Source: Utricularia gibba (Eukaryota; Plantae; Magnoliophyta). From it: a DNA stretch of 64,000 nucleotides. The stretch covers positions 868,001 through 932,000 of the forward strand of contig CM007990.1 in NCBI GenBank assembly GCA_002189035.1, in the 5' to 3' direction. Positions within the stretch are counted from its first letter, which is position 1. The number at the start of each line of letters is the position of its first letter. The notes under the pieces are model-generated. The model was given only the letters and a program-made list of their open reading frames with translations, did not search any database and was not told the DNA's origin. The position numbers and the translations under genes were made by a program. Below, one piece after another: positions 1 to 11,446 of this stretch.

Positions 1-37
1 TTGTGGGTGAAGTATTGTTGTGTGATTTTCGAGAAGG

Positions 38-3000
38 ATGCCTCCGAGATCGGCGAAAAGGAGAGTGGCGGGCCCCGGCAGCAGGCGAGCTGCTCGGGGG
101 CGAGGGATGGCGGCGAAGCTTGTGGCACATACCCAGGTTGAGAATCAGACGGAGGAATCAACACCGAAGGCGGATGAAGAGGTTGGGTTTGGGGAAGCAG
201 TAAAGATCGATGAGAGCGTAAAGGCTGACGAAGTGGAGGAACAATTGGTTGAGGTTAAAGAGGTGGATACCGTGGAAAAGATACCAGTGGAGGAAATAAT
301 TGTGGATAAGGATACAGATTGTGGTGCAAAAATAACGGGGGAAGAGGAGATATTGGAGCATAAGGAGGCGGGAATTGTGGAGGTGTTGGAAGAAGAGGAG
401 ACTGAAGTTGATTCTAAAACTGATTTGGTTTTGGGGGAGACAGAGGCTGCAATTATGGAGGAGGTGGAGGAGCAAAAACTGAACGAGAATGAGGATGATC
501 TACTCAAAAGTGAGTACATACTGTTTTTTCTGCCAAAAAAGTTTTATTTTGTGCAACATTCTGCTCAAGCTTGAAAGGGGGAAGCCTTGCGAATGAATGG
601 CTTTATTTAGTGTGCATTATGTTGCATTTGGGAGTCGTTCTCATGGTCACCATGGTGGCTGCTATTGGATAAGAATTAGTTAAGCAATGGAAGCTAGAGG
701 CGATGATATGATTTGGCCTGAGTTTTAAACTTCACCCAATAATTACGTTATTGCATCCTGAATTCATGAACTGCCTTCAGTTCAATGGTCTTAAACAGAG
801 TTCTTCTCTGTGTCTGGATACATATCTTATGCGGCCAATCAACAGAGTTCTCTTTTTTCAAGGACACTGTCCTCCCAAGATGCGTGATTGTCTCATAATT
901 ATGATTCACGCATTTTCTTCCAAGTTTGGTGTTTTATTCGTAAATCAAGAGTTGCAATGGTTCAACTGTTGACTTATTATTGGGTGTCTCTATCTTGTTG
1001 CTTAAACCTAGGTCATGACTACACAAAAGAATCGAATGATGAGTATGAGAAAGATGAGAAGTTGGAATTGGAGGATAATGATCCTGATTATGAGCCTGAA
1101 GATTATGGTGGTGTATACTACGATGAGAGAGAACTGGAGCAGGATCACCTTGAGGGCGGGAAAATAGATGAAGATACAGATGAAGTTCTTGAAGTTGAAG
1201 ATGAGGGCAATGGAGTTCTAGGAACAGATACTAACGATGAACTTGAACATGATGAAGATGATGTGCCGGCTGTAGTGGAGCATGCTGATATGGTTGATGC
1301 TGTTGAGGACGAAGAACATAAAGAAGTGGTCAAGGAAAGACTGAAGCGGAAGGAATTTGAAATATTTGTTGGAGGTTTGGACAAGGATGCAACTGAGAGT
1401 GATTTGCGCAAGGTTTTCAGTGAAGTTGGTGAGGTCACCGAAGTCAGACTTATGATGAATCCACTGACGAAAAAGAACAAAGGTTTTGCTTTCCTGCGGT
1501 TTGCAACTGTTGAGCAAGCAAAGCGAGCCTGTATTCAGCTGAAAAATCCTCTGGTATATCCTCATCAAAATTTTTGTCTTGTTTCCACTTTTTTCCTCTG
1601 CTTACTATTTTAGCAACCACTGGACTACAGATTCATGGAAAACAGTGTGGTGTTACTCCAAGCCAAGACAGTGATACTCTATTCTTAGGTAACATATCCA
1701 GGAATTGGACAAAAGAAGCTGTAAGTATTGCTATATTTCACTTTATGCATTAAACGATTAAACAGGAAGTTTCTGGTCGACCATGTTTTTACTTTTTGTG
1801 CTGTCAGTTGAAAGAGAAGTTGGGGCGATATGGTGTTAAGAATGTAGAGGATTTGACTCTGGTTGAAGATAGCAACAATACAGGGATGAACCGAGGATTT
1901 GCATTTTTGGAGTTTTCTTCTCGAGCTGATGCCATGGATGCTTTTAAGCATCTTCAGAAAAGAGATGTATTCTTTGGAGTGGATAGACCCGCAAAGGTTT
2001 CCTTTGCGGATTCTTTCATTGACCCAGGCGATGAGATCATGGCACAGGTACTGGAACAAAAAACTTCTCTGTTATGGCTCCTGCGGATTTATATATATGC
2101 CACCATTTTTGCTGTGGGAACATTGGCGCTTGGAACAAAAAAGTTTCTCTGTTTGTCATGTTACTCTTAATTTTTGCCTAGGCCAGGATTTTTGTGTTGA
2201 GATGCTTGGTTGAGTATTTGCTGTGAGACGTTCTTAACTTATTTTCATGGGATGCAACAAGAGTCTAAAGTATTCTGTTGTCCTCTTACATCCCTTTTTT
2301 TTAATAACAAAACTCATACACCAGTCAACTTGAATGCAGGTTAAAACAGTGTTTGTGGATGGTATTTCTACTTTTTGGGATGTAGAATATGTCAAGGAAC
2401 TCCTCAAAAAGTATGGGAAGATTGAAAAAGTTGAGCTTTCCAAAGATATGCCCACTGCGAGGAGGAAAGACTTCGGTTTTGTTACGTTTGATACACATGA
2501 TGCGGCAGTTATGTGTGCTAAAAGTATCAATAATGAAGAGTTGGGTGAAGGAGATACAAAGGTTTTTGTTGAAATCATTCTCTGTTTTTCTTTTCACTTT
2601 AGATGTCTTTTGCACTTTTTTGAATTGCACAATTGCAGGCTAAAGTCAGGGCGCGGTTGTCAAGGCCACTTCAAAGAGGCAAAGGAAAGCATGTTGTTCG
2701 TGGAGATTTCCGCCCTGGACGAGGGTCACTGAGAGGGGGTAAGAGTTCATGGGACCATATTATTACACGTCCTTCAAGCCTGCATGGATCCAGAGGAACA
2801 AGGCAGCATCATCTGCCTCCTGTTAATCGAGGTTTCAATAGGCCTGTTAATATTCGTGAGTCGAAGCCAATGATGCCCGTTCCTACTAGGGACAGGCCGG
2901 TTGCTTCCTTACCTAGGCCATATGAGCGGAGACCACCAGGTATTACTGTTACATGAATGGCACTTATAGTCCTAACCGTTTTTTTTGAAATCCTGATAAC

Positions 3001-4058
3001 TCTTCTCAGCAGCTCTTCCACCATACAATAAAGGAGATTTGAAAAGGGATTTTGGTCATCGTGAGGAGCTTCACCCTCGAAGCAGGCCTGCTGTTGACTT
3101 CAGTTTCCGAGCTGCTTCGGAAAGGCGTCTGCCATATAGGGATGACTTTCCTCATCGTGCATCAGGGTACCCTGATTTCCCAAGAGGTGGTGCATCTAGG
3201 TCTGTCGCTAGAAGATCATATTCTGACGATGTATATAGCCAAAGATACAAAAGGCCACCTCCATCTTACCGAGAGGGTCGTTCCCGTGAATATGATCCAA
3301 TGCCTGGCTCCAAACGCCCATATGCTGCCATTGTAATGTGCATTGTTTTGTGGGCAGTTTTCATCATTTTCTTCTTTATTCACCTTGTGTGCTTAATTAT
3401 GTTGGACAACTTCTTTTAAGGTTGATGCACCTCCACGCTATTCGGAGACTGGAATGCGCCACTCTCGTGCCCGTTTTGATTATGACATGGGTAGCAGTGC
3501 TCCTCATTATAGCGACACCTATGGTGATAGGTATTTCTTCGGGGTGCTTGGTTTCTATACCTTCTTGAAATTCATATTTTTTAGATGCCCATGTTATGCA
3601 TTTTTTTTTTATTACGCAGGTTTGGGAGGTCCAGTGTTGGATATGGTGGAAGTCGGAGCTCTATGTCAAGCCAAGACTCCCATGGGCCGTACAATAGCCA
3701 TCAGGGTATGGGGGGTTATAGTGGAGGTATGGTATACAAAATAGCAAAGCTTTGTCTTTATTTTTTAATTCATTTACTTTTCATTCTGAACATGATATTT
3801 TCATCTTTTATTCAGGTCCATATGGTGGAAATAATTCTGGTACCATGTTTTCTTCGAACTATAGTGGAGATTATGTATCCCGGGGAACAGATGTGCGTTG
3901 ACATTTCTTGTGATTATCTTTATGATTAAATTTGTAGTTTTATAACTTCTCTTCCTATGCTATTGTAGGCCGGAAGTAGCTCTTACTCATCATCATATCA
4001 AGGGCGTAGCTTGGGTGGCAGTAGTTACATGGGGAGCAACTCTGGGTCGTACTATTGA
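38..4058 (+). CDS. RRM-domain RNA-binding protein, hnRNP Q/R (nucleolin-like) plant family; 11 exons
   Basis: Exons joined at GT-AG sites: 38-509, 1012-1553, 1631-1720, 1808-2047, 2340-2561, 2639-2939, 3010(or 3013)-3332, 3421-3530, 3620-3726, 3816-3892, 3969-4058 (TGA). Acidic N-terminus, three RRMs (IFVGGL..KGFAFLRF; LFLGNI..RGFAFLEF; VFVDGI..KDFGFVTF), R/P/G/Y/S-rich C-terminus. Confidence 0.88.
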
Positions 4059-4879
4059 GGTTACAAAATTTCACTTTTTATTGCTTTATTCTGTTATGAT
4101 GTTCATTAGTCTAATACGCATATGAGAAGTTGTGGTGCATGGAATCATTTGGTTGAGTTATTGTCAACAAATTTCAACCTGAAGACATTTATGTACCCTG
4201 TTGCTGAAGATATGCTTTGATGAGGGGTATCAAGTCTGTCTGATATCTCAACTTGCTCATGGCAGAGAGTTGAATTGAGAAGAAACTACTTTAGGATTTG
4301 AGTGGTTGGAGGTTTGGATTTTGATGATCATATATGCAGAAGAAGGATTTGTGGACATAGCGACGCCGGCAGATGTTAGAGATCCTAGTTAGGTTTTGAA
4401 ATTCTGCTTAAATGTGGGTCTGGCTACAACATGAATCATCCTATTTACTGTACGATGTATGGGCACTAGTTTCTGCTGAAATCAATAGGAGAATTGATTT
4501 ACTATGGATTTTGACATTTACAATGATGTACTGGGTCTCATCTGCTTTTAAGCGATAGAAACACATCAAGCAAAGCTGAAATATTATGTTTGCAAGGTTA
4601 CCCCTTGGAAGAATCTGGCTGGTACTTAGACCCTACCTTTGAGAACCTGTGTTCTGTTTCCAAGATTCAGAGTGAACAAGATCCGATGTATTCACATCGT
4701 TCAAGTTCCTTTTTTGTTTGGTTTGTGTGGTAATCTGTATCCGAGAATCATAAGCTCTTTTGAAGAAGGGTTCGCAAAGTTTTCTGGCTCTCCATGTCAT
4801 GTTGAGAATTTTTACACACCAGAAATGATTGAGATTGGAAGTTCTACTTTTTAGTTTCAGAAATCAAGATTGAATAGGA

Positions 4880-4902
4880 TTTTTTTTTTTTTTTTTTTTT
4901 TT
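4880..4902. repeat. Poly(T) homopolymer (23 nt)
   Basis: Uninterrupted T run seen directly. Confidence 0.9.
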
Positions 4903-5894
4903 ACCACCATACACAAAAGGTTGCACATGAACATGTGAATTGTACCTGATCATAGAAATGGGATATTTGGCCCCAATGCCTAAGAAAGCTGCTAACTAAG
5001 CATTCTCTTGGTATGAAAAATCAGAATTGACTGCATAGGCATTCTTGCAAGTGATCTTTCTGACAACCTATTCCTCGCCACGTTCTGGAACACTCATCGT
5101 GTTTAAGAAGTTCTTTCAGACGTTTTCCAAAATAGTGAATGCAAAGGCTGGCACCGGAGGTGGATTTCAGGTCTCGAAAGACATCTGTCTATATAAGTTG
5201 GTGAATTAGCAATCGTTGGAAGAAATAGTGGTTAGAGAATCAGAATCTGTATTAAGAAATTTCTTTTAGTTCCCTGGATACTATTCATTGACATAATGCT
5301 TTGCATGCTTTTCGTCATGTTTTTATTTCCCAAATTGTCATACATCTGGTGTCGATGCCTGGGAGGCTTTTGTGATGGTGAATTTCATACCTTTTTAGAT
5401 AGATATTCAAGCTCTTGTTTAGTGCAATGAGATGAACGACAATGCACGATACTGCCTTTGCTTGAATCAGTGTCTTGTAAGCTATGTTGAAGGAACCGTA
5501 GGTTCATTGTCTCTTTGGTTGCGTTTGCGGTGGGTTGCACCTGGTTATGACTCAAAGAAATGTTCATAGTACCTGCGAGATGGCTTCTCAGTTTAATGAA
5601 CCCTTGCTTTTCTACTACTAACAGAAAAACGTTTATCTGTTTGCTTGCTTCTCTATGATTTTGAAACAGGGTTGCAGTATTTTCATCTCCGTTAAGGACG
5701 GCAAGTCGGTTTGCAATAAGAAATTGTCCAATGAGCTGGACAAGCCAATCTGACACGCGCAAGTAAGATTGGATACCAATCAGCATTACTTTGGATAGCA
5801 GATGTATCTAAACAAGGCCATAAAACATAGGTGATCATGTTTGTTTTATACAGGTAATATCTGCATGCAGTATTTTTGCAGTTTCACGACGGAC

Positions 5895-6919
5895 TTAATC
5901 AACAGCATAATTGTGGGTCCAGCTCCTAGCAGTCCTCTGGTACTCAAGTTGATCAGACTTGTATACGTTAGCTATTTCCGGCTCCAATGCACTATCACAC
6001 TTTGGGTCCGCAAGGAGGAGGAGATTGAGAGCATAACCTGGAAATCAACAAGGGTGACGCTGTGCTCTAACTAGAATTAGAGGATGCAGTTGAATCTCTC
6101 ATGGAGCTTAACCTTGTGAATAGTTGAAGAAGCGGTCCAATCTTCCTTCAGGGCATCAATGGATAGGATCCCGCTGCGGCTGATGTTTGGATGATATATC
6201 TTGGTCCGGAATGTTACCTAAAAGAAGGTGCAGCATAATGCAGAAGCAGTGGAATACGAATTTGACATTACTCTCTCATTAAATTTATGCATTACTGTGT
6301 TACACTTCGTGAATGCATTCTGAGCTGTTCTTGATTTTGAGATGCAATATTGGGGAACTTGTGTCACATACCTCAGGTGGCACGAACGGATAATCAGCCG
6401 AGAAGTTGATATCGAGCAGGAAAACACCTCCTGCGTAAGGAATCTCTGGAGGACCCTTTAAAGTTGCATGCCAGCGAAGGATATCATTACCAACAGGTGC
6501 TGCAGATCCGAATGTAACAACAACAAAGCGCAAGTTACCATTTCGACGCATTGAAACATTATATGCCAGCACCTTTAACCATCCGGGTTAGTAAACAATG
6601 TATTCTTTACTTTTCATAAATGCAAGTAGTATCAGCATGCAACAGGTTATGTTCTAGATTTCAAAGCAAGCATTAACGTGCACCATACTGGTGATATGTG
6701 CATGAAAAAACTTGTCATCTTTAGTATAATATTTTCATGTTAATATATGCGAGAAAGAGAATGATAGTGGGGAAATGTGTTTTGGGATAGTTGACAGTCA
6801 CTTGTTGCAAGCAGGGAGGGAAACAGACAGACACAGATTCATACAATACCAGCAGCGAAGAAACTTGGTGGTTTCCTTAGCAAATCCTTGCGCTCCTTGG
6901 TCAGCCTTTTCTCCGCCAT
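5895..6919 (-). CDS. Ubiquitin-conjugating enzyme E2, UBC8/UBC10 (Ubc4/5)-like, with catalytic Cys replaced by Ser; 1-nt frameshift in last exon (pseudogene or assembly error)
   Basis: Exons 6919-6850 (MAEKRLTKERKDLLRKPPSFFAA), 6499-6372 (..YAGGVFLLDINFSADYPFVPPE), 6217-6113 (VTFRTKIYHPNISRSGILSIDALKEDW..), 6037-5895 (VMLSISS/LADPKCDSALEPEIANVYKSDQLEYQRTARSWTHNYAVD*). The exon layout matches plant UBC8-type genes as I recall them. Confidence 0.85.
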
Positions 6920-7128
6920 GGGGTGAGTTGTTGATAGCAGAGCAGGCGCAGCAGCAAGGCTGATGATATATTACAAATACAGCACCAGAATCCCATTCTG
7001 TGGCGTGTGAGCCCCCAAAGGCTCCCCTGCTCCTGGGAATCTGTCTGAATTCAGGCGATTTTGAGCATCAAAGTTCACGAAATCAGCAACAGAAGAATTA
7101 CGCGGTGGGCAGCAATAGCATCCCACCC

Positions 7129-7150
7129 TGTGTGTGTGTGTGTGTGTGTG
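7129..7150. repeat. (TG)11 microsatellite
   Basis: Seen directly. Confidence 0.9.
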
Positions 7151-7270
7151 TTATATATTCGCTAGTACGCAACGCAACCAATTGAATAAAATACTTTAAA
7201 GAAATAACAATTATTTGAACAATATGATTTTTTTTTTAGTAATATATTGAAGAAATTTACAAACATACAA

Positions 7271-7567
7271 TAAGTGAATTATCATATTTATTATATATGT
7301 GTGTAATAAGATAACAGATTACATGAATATCTGTAAATAATTAAGTGAATTGTCATCTTTATTATATATGTGTGTAATAAGATAACAGATTACATGAATA
7401 TCTGTAAATAATTAAGTGAATTGTCATCTTTATTATATATGTGTGTAATAAGATAACAGATTACATGAATTATCTGTAAATAATTAAGTGAATTGTCATC
7501 TTTATTATATATGTGTGTAATAAGATAACAGATTACATGAATATCTGTAAATAATTAAGTGAATTAT
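7271..7567. repeat. Tandem minisatellite, four near-identical 71-72 bp units plus a partial unit
   Basis: Unit TAAGTGAATT(G/A)TCAT(C/A)TTTATTATATATGTGTGTAATAAGATAACAGATTACATGAATATCTGTAAATAAT starts at 7271, 7342, 7413, 7485 and 7556. No spacers between units. Confidence 0.95.
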
Positions 7568-8199
7568 TATGTATGGTATTACATGAATACAATGGTGATG
7601 GGAATCTTGGGAATAATATTATCATTTTAATATATACATAGTAAGATAATACAAAATATGATTTTTATAATCTGATTTTTTTTAGTATATAAAAGGACTC
7701 CATCCATTGTGTACATGACAGTGTACGGTATTCTAATTTTACATGTATCATACATTTCAAACTGGCGCCGCCGCCGCTGGTGATGCGGGTGGGTCCATCT
7801 GTTCTGCTGCAGCATCCAACATGGGAAGGGAAGGGCGACAAGGAGGAGTACGGAGCAGCTATCAGGGAGAAACCCAGAGCTACAAGAAGCTCCAAGGCGT
7901 GAAGTACATACAGTACATGGACAGGAGGAAGAGACAGCGAAATTCGGATGTTGGTGCCTCAGCCTCAGCACTCCTGGTTTTCACATCATCTTCAACGATG
8001 GGATAGACTCAATGGGTGCGTGTAATATGTATGTAATCTGAGATCAGATTATAGGAGGAGGAACAGGGCAGGGCATATCCCTCCCTTGCAGTTCCGCCGC
8101 CCTGCCCTGCCCCTGATATATTACACATGGCGCATCCATTCGCGCTGTTTCTTGATTTCTTGCTTCCGGGGTCGGAGTTGTTTCCAGTTTCTCGACTCA

Positions 8200-9149
8200 A
8201 TGTGTGCTTCCGGAGAAGATTTCAGTAGCAGCAGCAACTCGTGGAACGTGAGTGCATCCCCTGTTTCACTCATCTCCACTTATAATGGAGTGGAGGTACG
8301 GAGTGACTCTCTGGGGTCGTTGAGGGACGTCACAGAATGCGTAATGGAGATGAATCAGGAGGTGGGGAGATTGGTTTTGGACTCCAACAAGGACAACGTT
8401 TTCGCCCTTGTTGAAGATTACATGGAAAACACCCTCCAGGCGCTCGATTTCTGCACTTTTGTTGAGGAATCCCTGAAGCGTGCACGCAGCGACACCCAGC
8501 TCCTGAGCCGGATGCCCATCCAGGAGCACTCTAAAAGGCTGCAACATTTGAAGCGCTTAAAGGAAACAGGGGATCCCTTCACACGGGATTTCCTCCACCT
8601 TTTTCAGTCTCTTCATCTCAACCAAATCTCTTTGCTAGAGAAGCTGCAGCAGGAAAAGAAGAAGCTTGATCAGAAGCTGAAATCGATCAAGCGATGGAGA
8701 AGAATTTCAATTATCATATGTGGGACTACGTTCGCCGCGGTGGTGATCGGTTCCGTGGTGGCCGCGGCATTGGCTGCGCCGCCTGTGGCTGCTGCTGCAG
8801 TCGCCGCGGCGACGGCGATTCCTCTGGGTTCAATTGGAAAGTGGGTAGATTCGCTGATGAAGAATCAGGAAAAAGAGGTGAAGAGACAGAAGGAGATCCT
8901 GAACTCCTTGATGGTGGGAACGTGCATAGCCATCAAGGATCTTGATAAGCTGGAAATGGAACTTGAATCCATGATTAAGAACACTAACGAGGACGCGGTG
9001 AAGATGAGCGTGGAGCAGAGGAAGAAGCAAATTAGCGTTTTCATGAAGAATGTGGAGGACCTCGGGGCGCAGGCTGAGAATTGCAGCCGGGATATCCGCG
9101 GGCGAGGACGGTGGTTCTCCAGCGGATCATTAAGCCACCGGTTGACTGA
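8200..9149 (+). CDS. UPF0496 / DUF677 family protein (intronless, divergent); 1-nt frameshift near C-terminus
   Basis: Motifs GVEVR..SLRDVTECVMEMNQEV, LVEDYMENTLQALDFC, KSIKRWRRIS, VAAALAAPPVAAA, PLGSIGKWVDSL. Restoring one base near 9100 gives the conserved ending DIRRARTVVLQRIIKPPVD* (TGA 9147-9149). Start codon is uncertain; 8200 is the first in-frame ATG. Confidence 0.75.
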
Positions 9150-9308
9150 TGATGGCACCCTTGACACTATAATAATATGATGTAACTGTTTATGATATTA
9201 AATGTACAAATTTGAATGAAAATTAGATGAAAGTTAGATGTTTAAAGATATTCTCTTGCGAATTTCAATCCAGATGTTAGAATTTGGAAGACTTGCATTT
9301 CTCTCTAA

Positions 9309-9621
9309 TAGCATCTCCAGATTATTGATCCGGTCACTTGATGACAATAAATATTCGGAAATAAAAAGTCCGCCTCGGACTTTTTATTTCCGGGGACAAA
9401 AACTACTGGATATTTAAATTTAATTAATTTTCTCTATCTAAACTTAATTACTTTCATATTAATGTATAAATGTTAAGTATTAAATAATCAAATATCGGGA
9501 CACCAATGTGAGAAAATATGTAATATTTAATATTAAATTTTAATTAAAATAAATATGATGTGAAAGATATAGAATATGACATGTAAAAAAAATTAAATGA
9601 TTTGGCAGGACACGGATGCTC
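9309..9621. mobile_element. Tourist/PIF-Harbinger-like MITE
   Basis: Ends TAGCATCTCC... and ...CGGATGCTC are imperfect inverted repeats. Both are flanked by TAA (9306-9308 and 9622-9624). AT-rich non-coding interior. Confidence 0.6.
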
Positions 9622-9917
9622 TAATTGTCTACGTCGGGTTTGTTGGTCAATTAGAAATCTAGGCAGTGTAAAGACAAATCTCTAAGTGGTCTGGGTGCAT
9701 TTTTTTTAGATAAATGCCTACTGTGATTTGAGGGTGTGGGAAATCACACCCTCAAAAATACCCGTCTATAAAACGCCGTTTAGGGGTTCATAGGCTTCGA
9801 ATCGAAAATGGAGATGCATTCCGTACGAATCGAGATCAGTCGTCCAGGGCACGACGTCTTGCTGGTGACCCTGGCCGCCGTCGTGGTGTCCTCTTCCGTC
9901 GCTGATCCCCCTCCAAG

Positions 9918-10277
9918 ATGCAGAAATTGATGAACACATTCAAATTCTTGGCCCAGTATGTACTCCCAGTCATGAGCTCTCTTCTACAAACGGTCGTGGA
10001 GCCTGCTACACTGCTCCAGCGAGCTCCTGCTGTGTTCGCCATGTTTCTCACGTCTCTCATGGCCTATGCAGCCATCCATGTTCACGCCATGATCAACCCC
10101 AACGGAAGAAACGGCGACCACTTGTACAGGGCTGCCGCCTCCGCCGCTGTCGTTGCCCTTTTCTCGTTCCTCTCCTTTTTCATCCCCACGTCCCTTTCAT
10201 TCATCCCCGTCCTTTTGCTCTCCGTTCTAGTGATTGCTGTAGTAAATTGGGATCTCCTCCGCCGCATCCTCGCCTGA
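9918..10277 (+). CDS. Hypothetical small multi-pass membrane protein (119 aa)
   Basis: ATG-started intronless ORF in a GC-richer island between AT-rich DNA, with three to four hydrophobic stretches. No domain that I can name. Confidence 0.5.
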   Translation: MQKLMNTFKFLAQYVLPVMSSLLQTVVEPATLLQRAPAVFAMFLTSLMAYAAIHVHAMINPNGRNGDHLYRAAASAAVVALFSFLSFFIPTSLSFIPVLLLSVLVIAVVNWDLLRRILA

Positions 10278-10961
10278 GCACACCACATATTCCGACCACC
10301 GCCGCCGCAAGGGGAGTTGCCCGTATGAATATAATAATAATAAAAAAAACAAGAAGAAGCTTCGCATGTTGCTTCTTTTTGAATGGTAAACTGTTGTATG
10401 CCATACTATCTTTCGAATATAATGTTACCCAGTATTTAATTGGTTAATTTAACTGTTTAAATATTCGTATATTATTAATTTAACAATATATGAATATTTT
10501 ACAAAACTATTTAAAAATACTAACTACGTATTTCAGAACTCAAATTCTAAATGGGTTTTATTAAACAACCCAATTTATAAAGTATTTATTTTAAACACAT
10601 ATATCAATTATAATATTATTTTACATATATATTTTCAAAACCTATATATCAAAAAAACTTTAATTTTAAACGCATAATGTATATTTATCTGAATACAAAT
10701 AATTTAAATATATTATTCATTATATTATCCTAATAAACACATACGGTCGGTGGTACGTAGTGGGATGACGTCAAGTCCGCATGGCCATTATGGACTGGGC
10801 CACACACGGTATTTCATATTTTATTATTAAAGTATTATTAGTAAAATTATTTATAATTTAATTCGAAGATTCAGAAAATACAAACTATGAATTTGAGATT
10901 TCAATAATCATTATTCAGGAAATTAAATTAAATTTATTCTTGATTATTGACGTAAATAAAC

Positions 10962-11446
10962 CAGTGTTTTAAAAATCTTGATTCAATCCAGTTAGATTTT
11001 AACCCATGTTTTGATGGGTCGGATACAATTATACTTTTATTTTTATTTTTTAAAAATTGTTATTATTTATTTTATGAGAATGATTATGAATAAATATAAA
11101 ATATGTTATACATATTTGATATATATTTTAAATAAATTTTAATAATTATATTTAGATATATATATTAATAAAAAATAATCATTTGTATTTAAATTACATA
11201 TTATTTGAATAAGATATAAGACGATAAATATGAAAAAAGTAATTATATCAATTATTTAGAGATATATTTTTATTTTTTATATTTTCAATATTTTGATGTA
11301 CTAAATTAAGACTTCATAATTATATTTTAATATTTTGATAAATATAACTCAAAATTATTGAACCAGATTCAACTCATTTTAAAAACGGTTCAACCCCAAA
11401 CCATAATTAAACGATTTAATGGGTTCAGCCCATTTTTAAATCATTG
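10962..11446. mobile_element. Non-autonomous hAT-type element (MITE)
   Basis: TIRs CAGTGTTTTAAAAA and TTTTTAAATCATTG. 8-bp target-site duplication AAATAAAC (10954-10961) / AAATAGAC (11447-11454), 7 of 8 identical. Subterminal AACC/GGGTT motifs. Confidence 0.7.

Noticed and set aside
145-1568. Minus-strand Ser-rich ORFs (145-519, 1145-1480 and similar) and other antisense ORFs over real exons
   Set aside because: These are shadow frames of acidic or GC-rich sense codons, with no independent motifs.
5385-5786. 133-aa minus-strand ORF downstream of the UBC gene
   Set aside because: No recognisable motif or codon bias, and it lies in probable 3' UTR/intergenic DNA.
7271-7567. CRISPR-like array
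   Set aside because: Units are contiguous with no unique spacers, there are no cas genes, and the context is eukaryotic.
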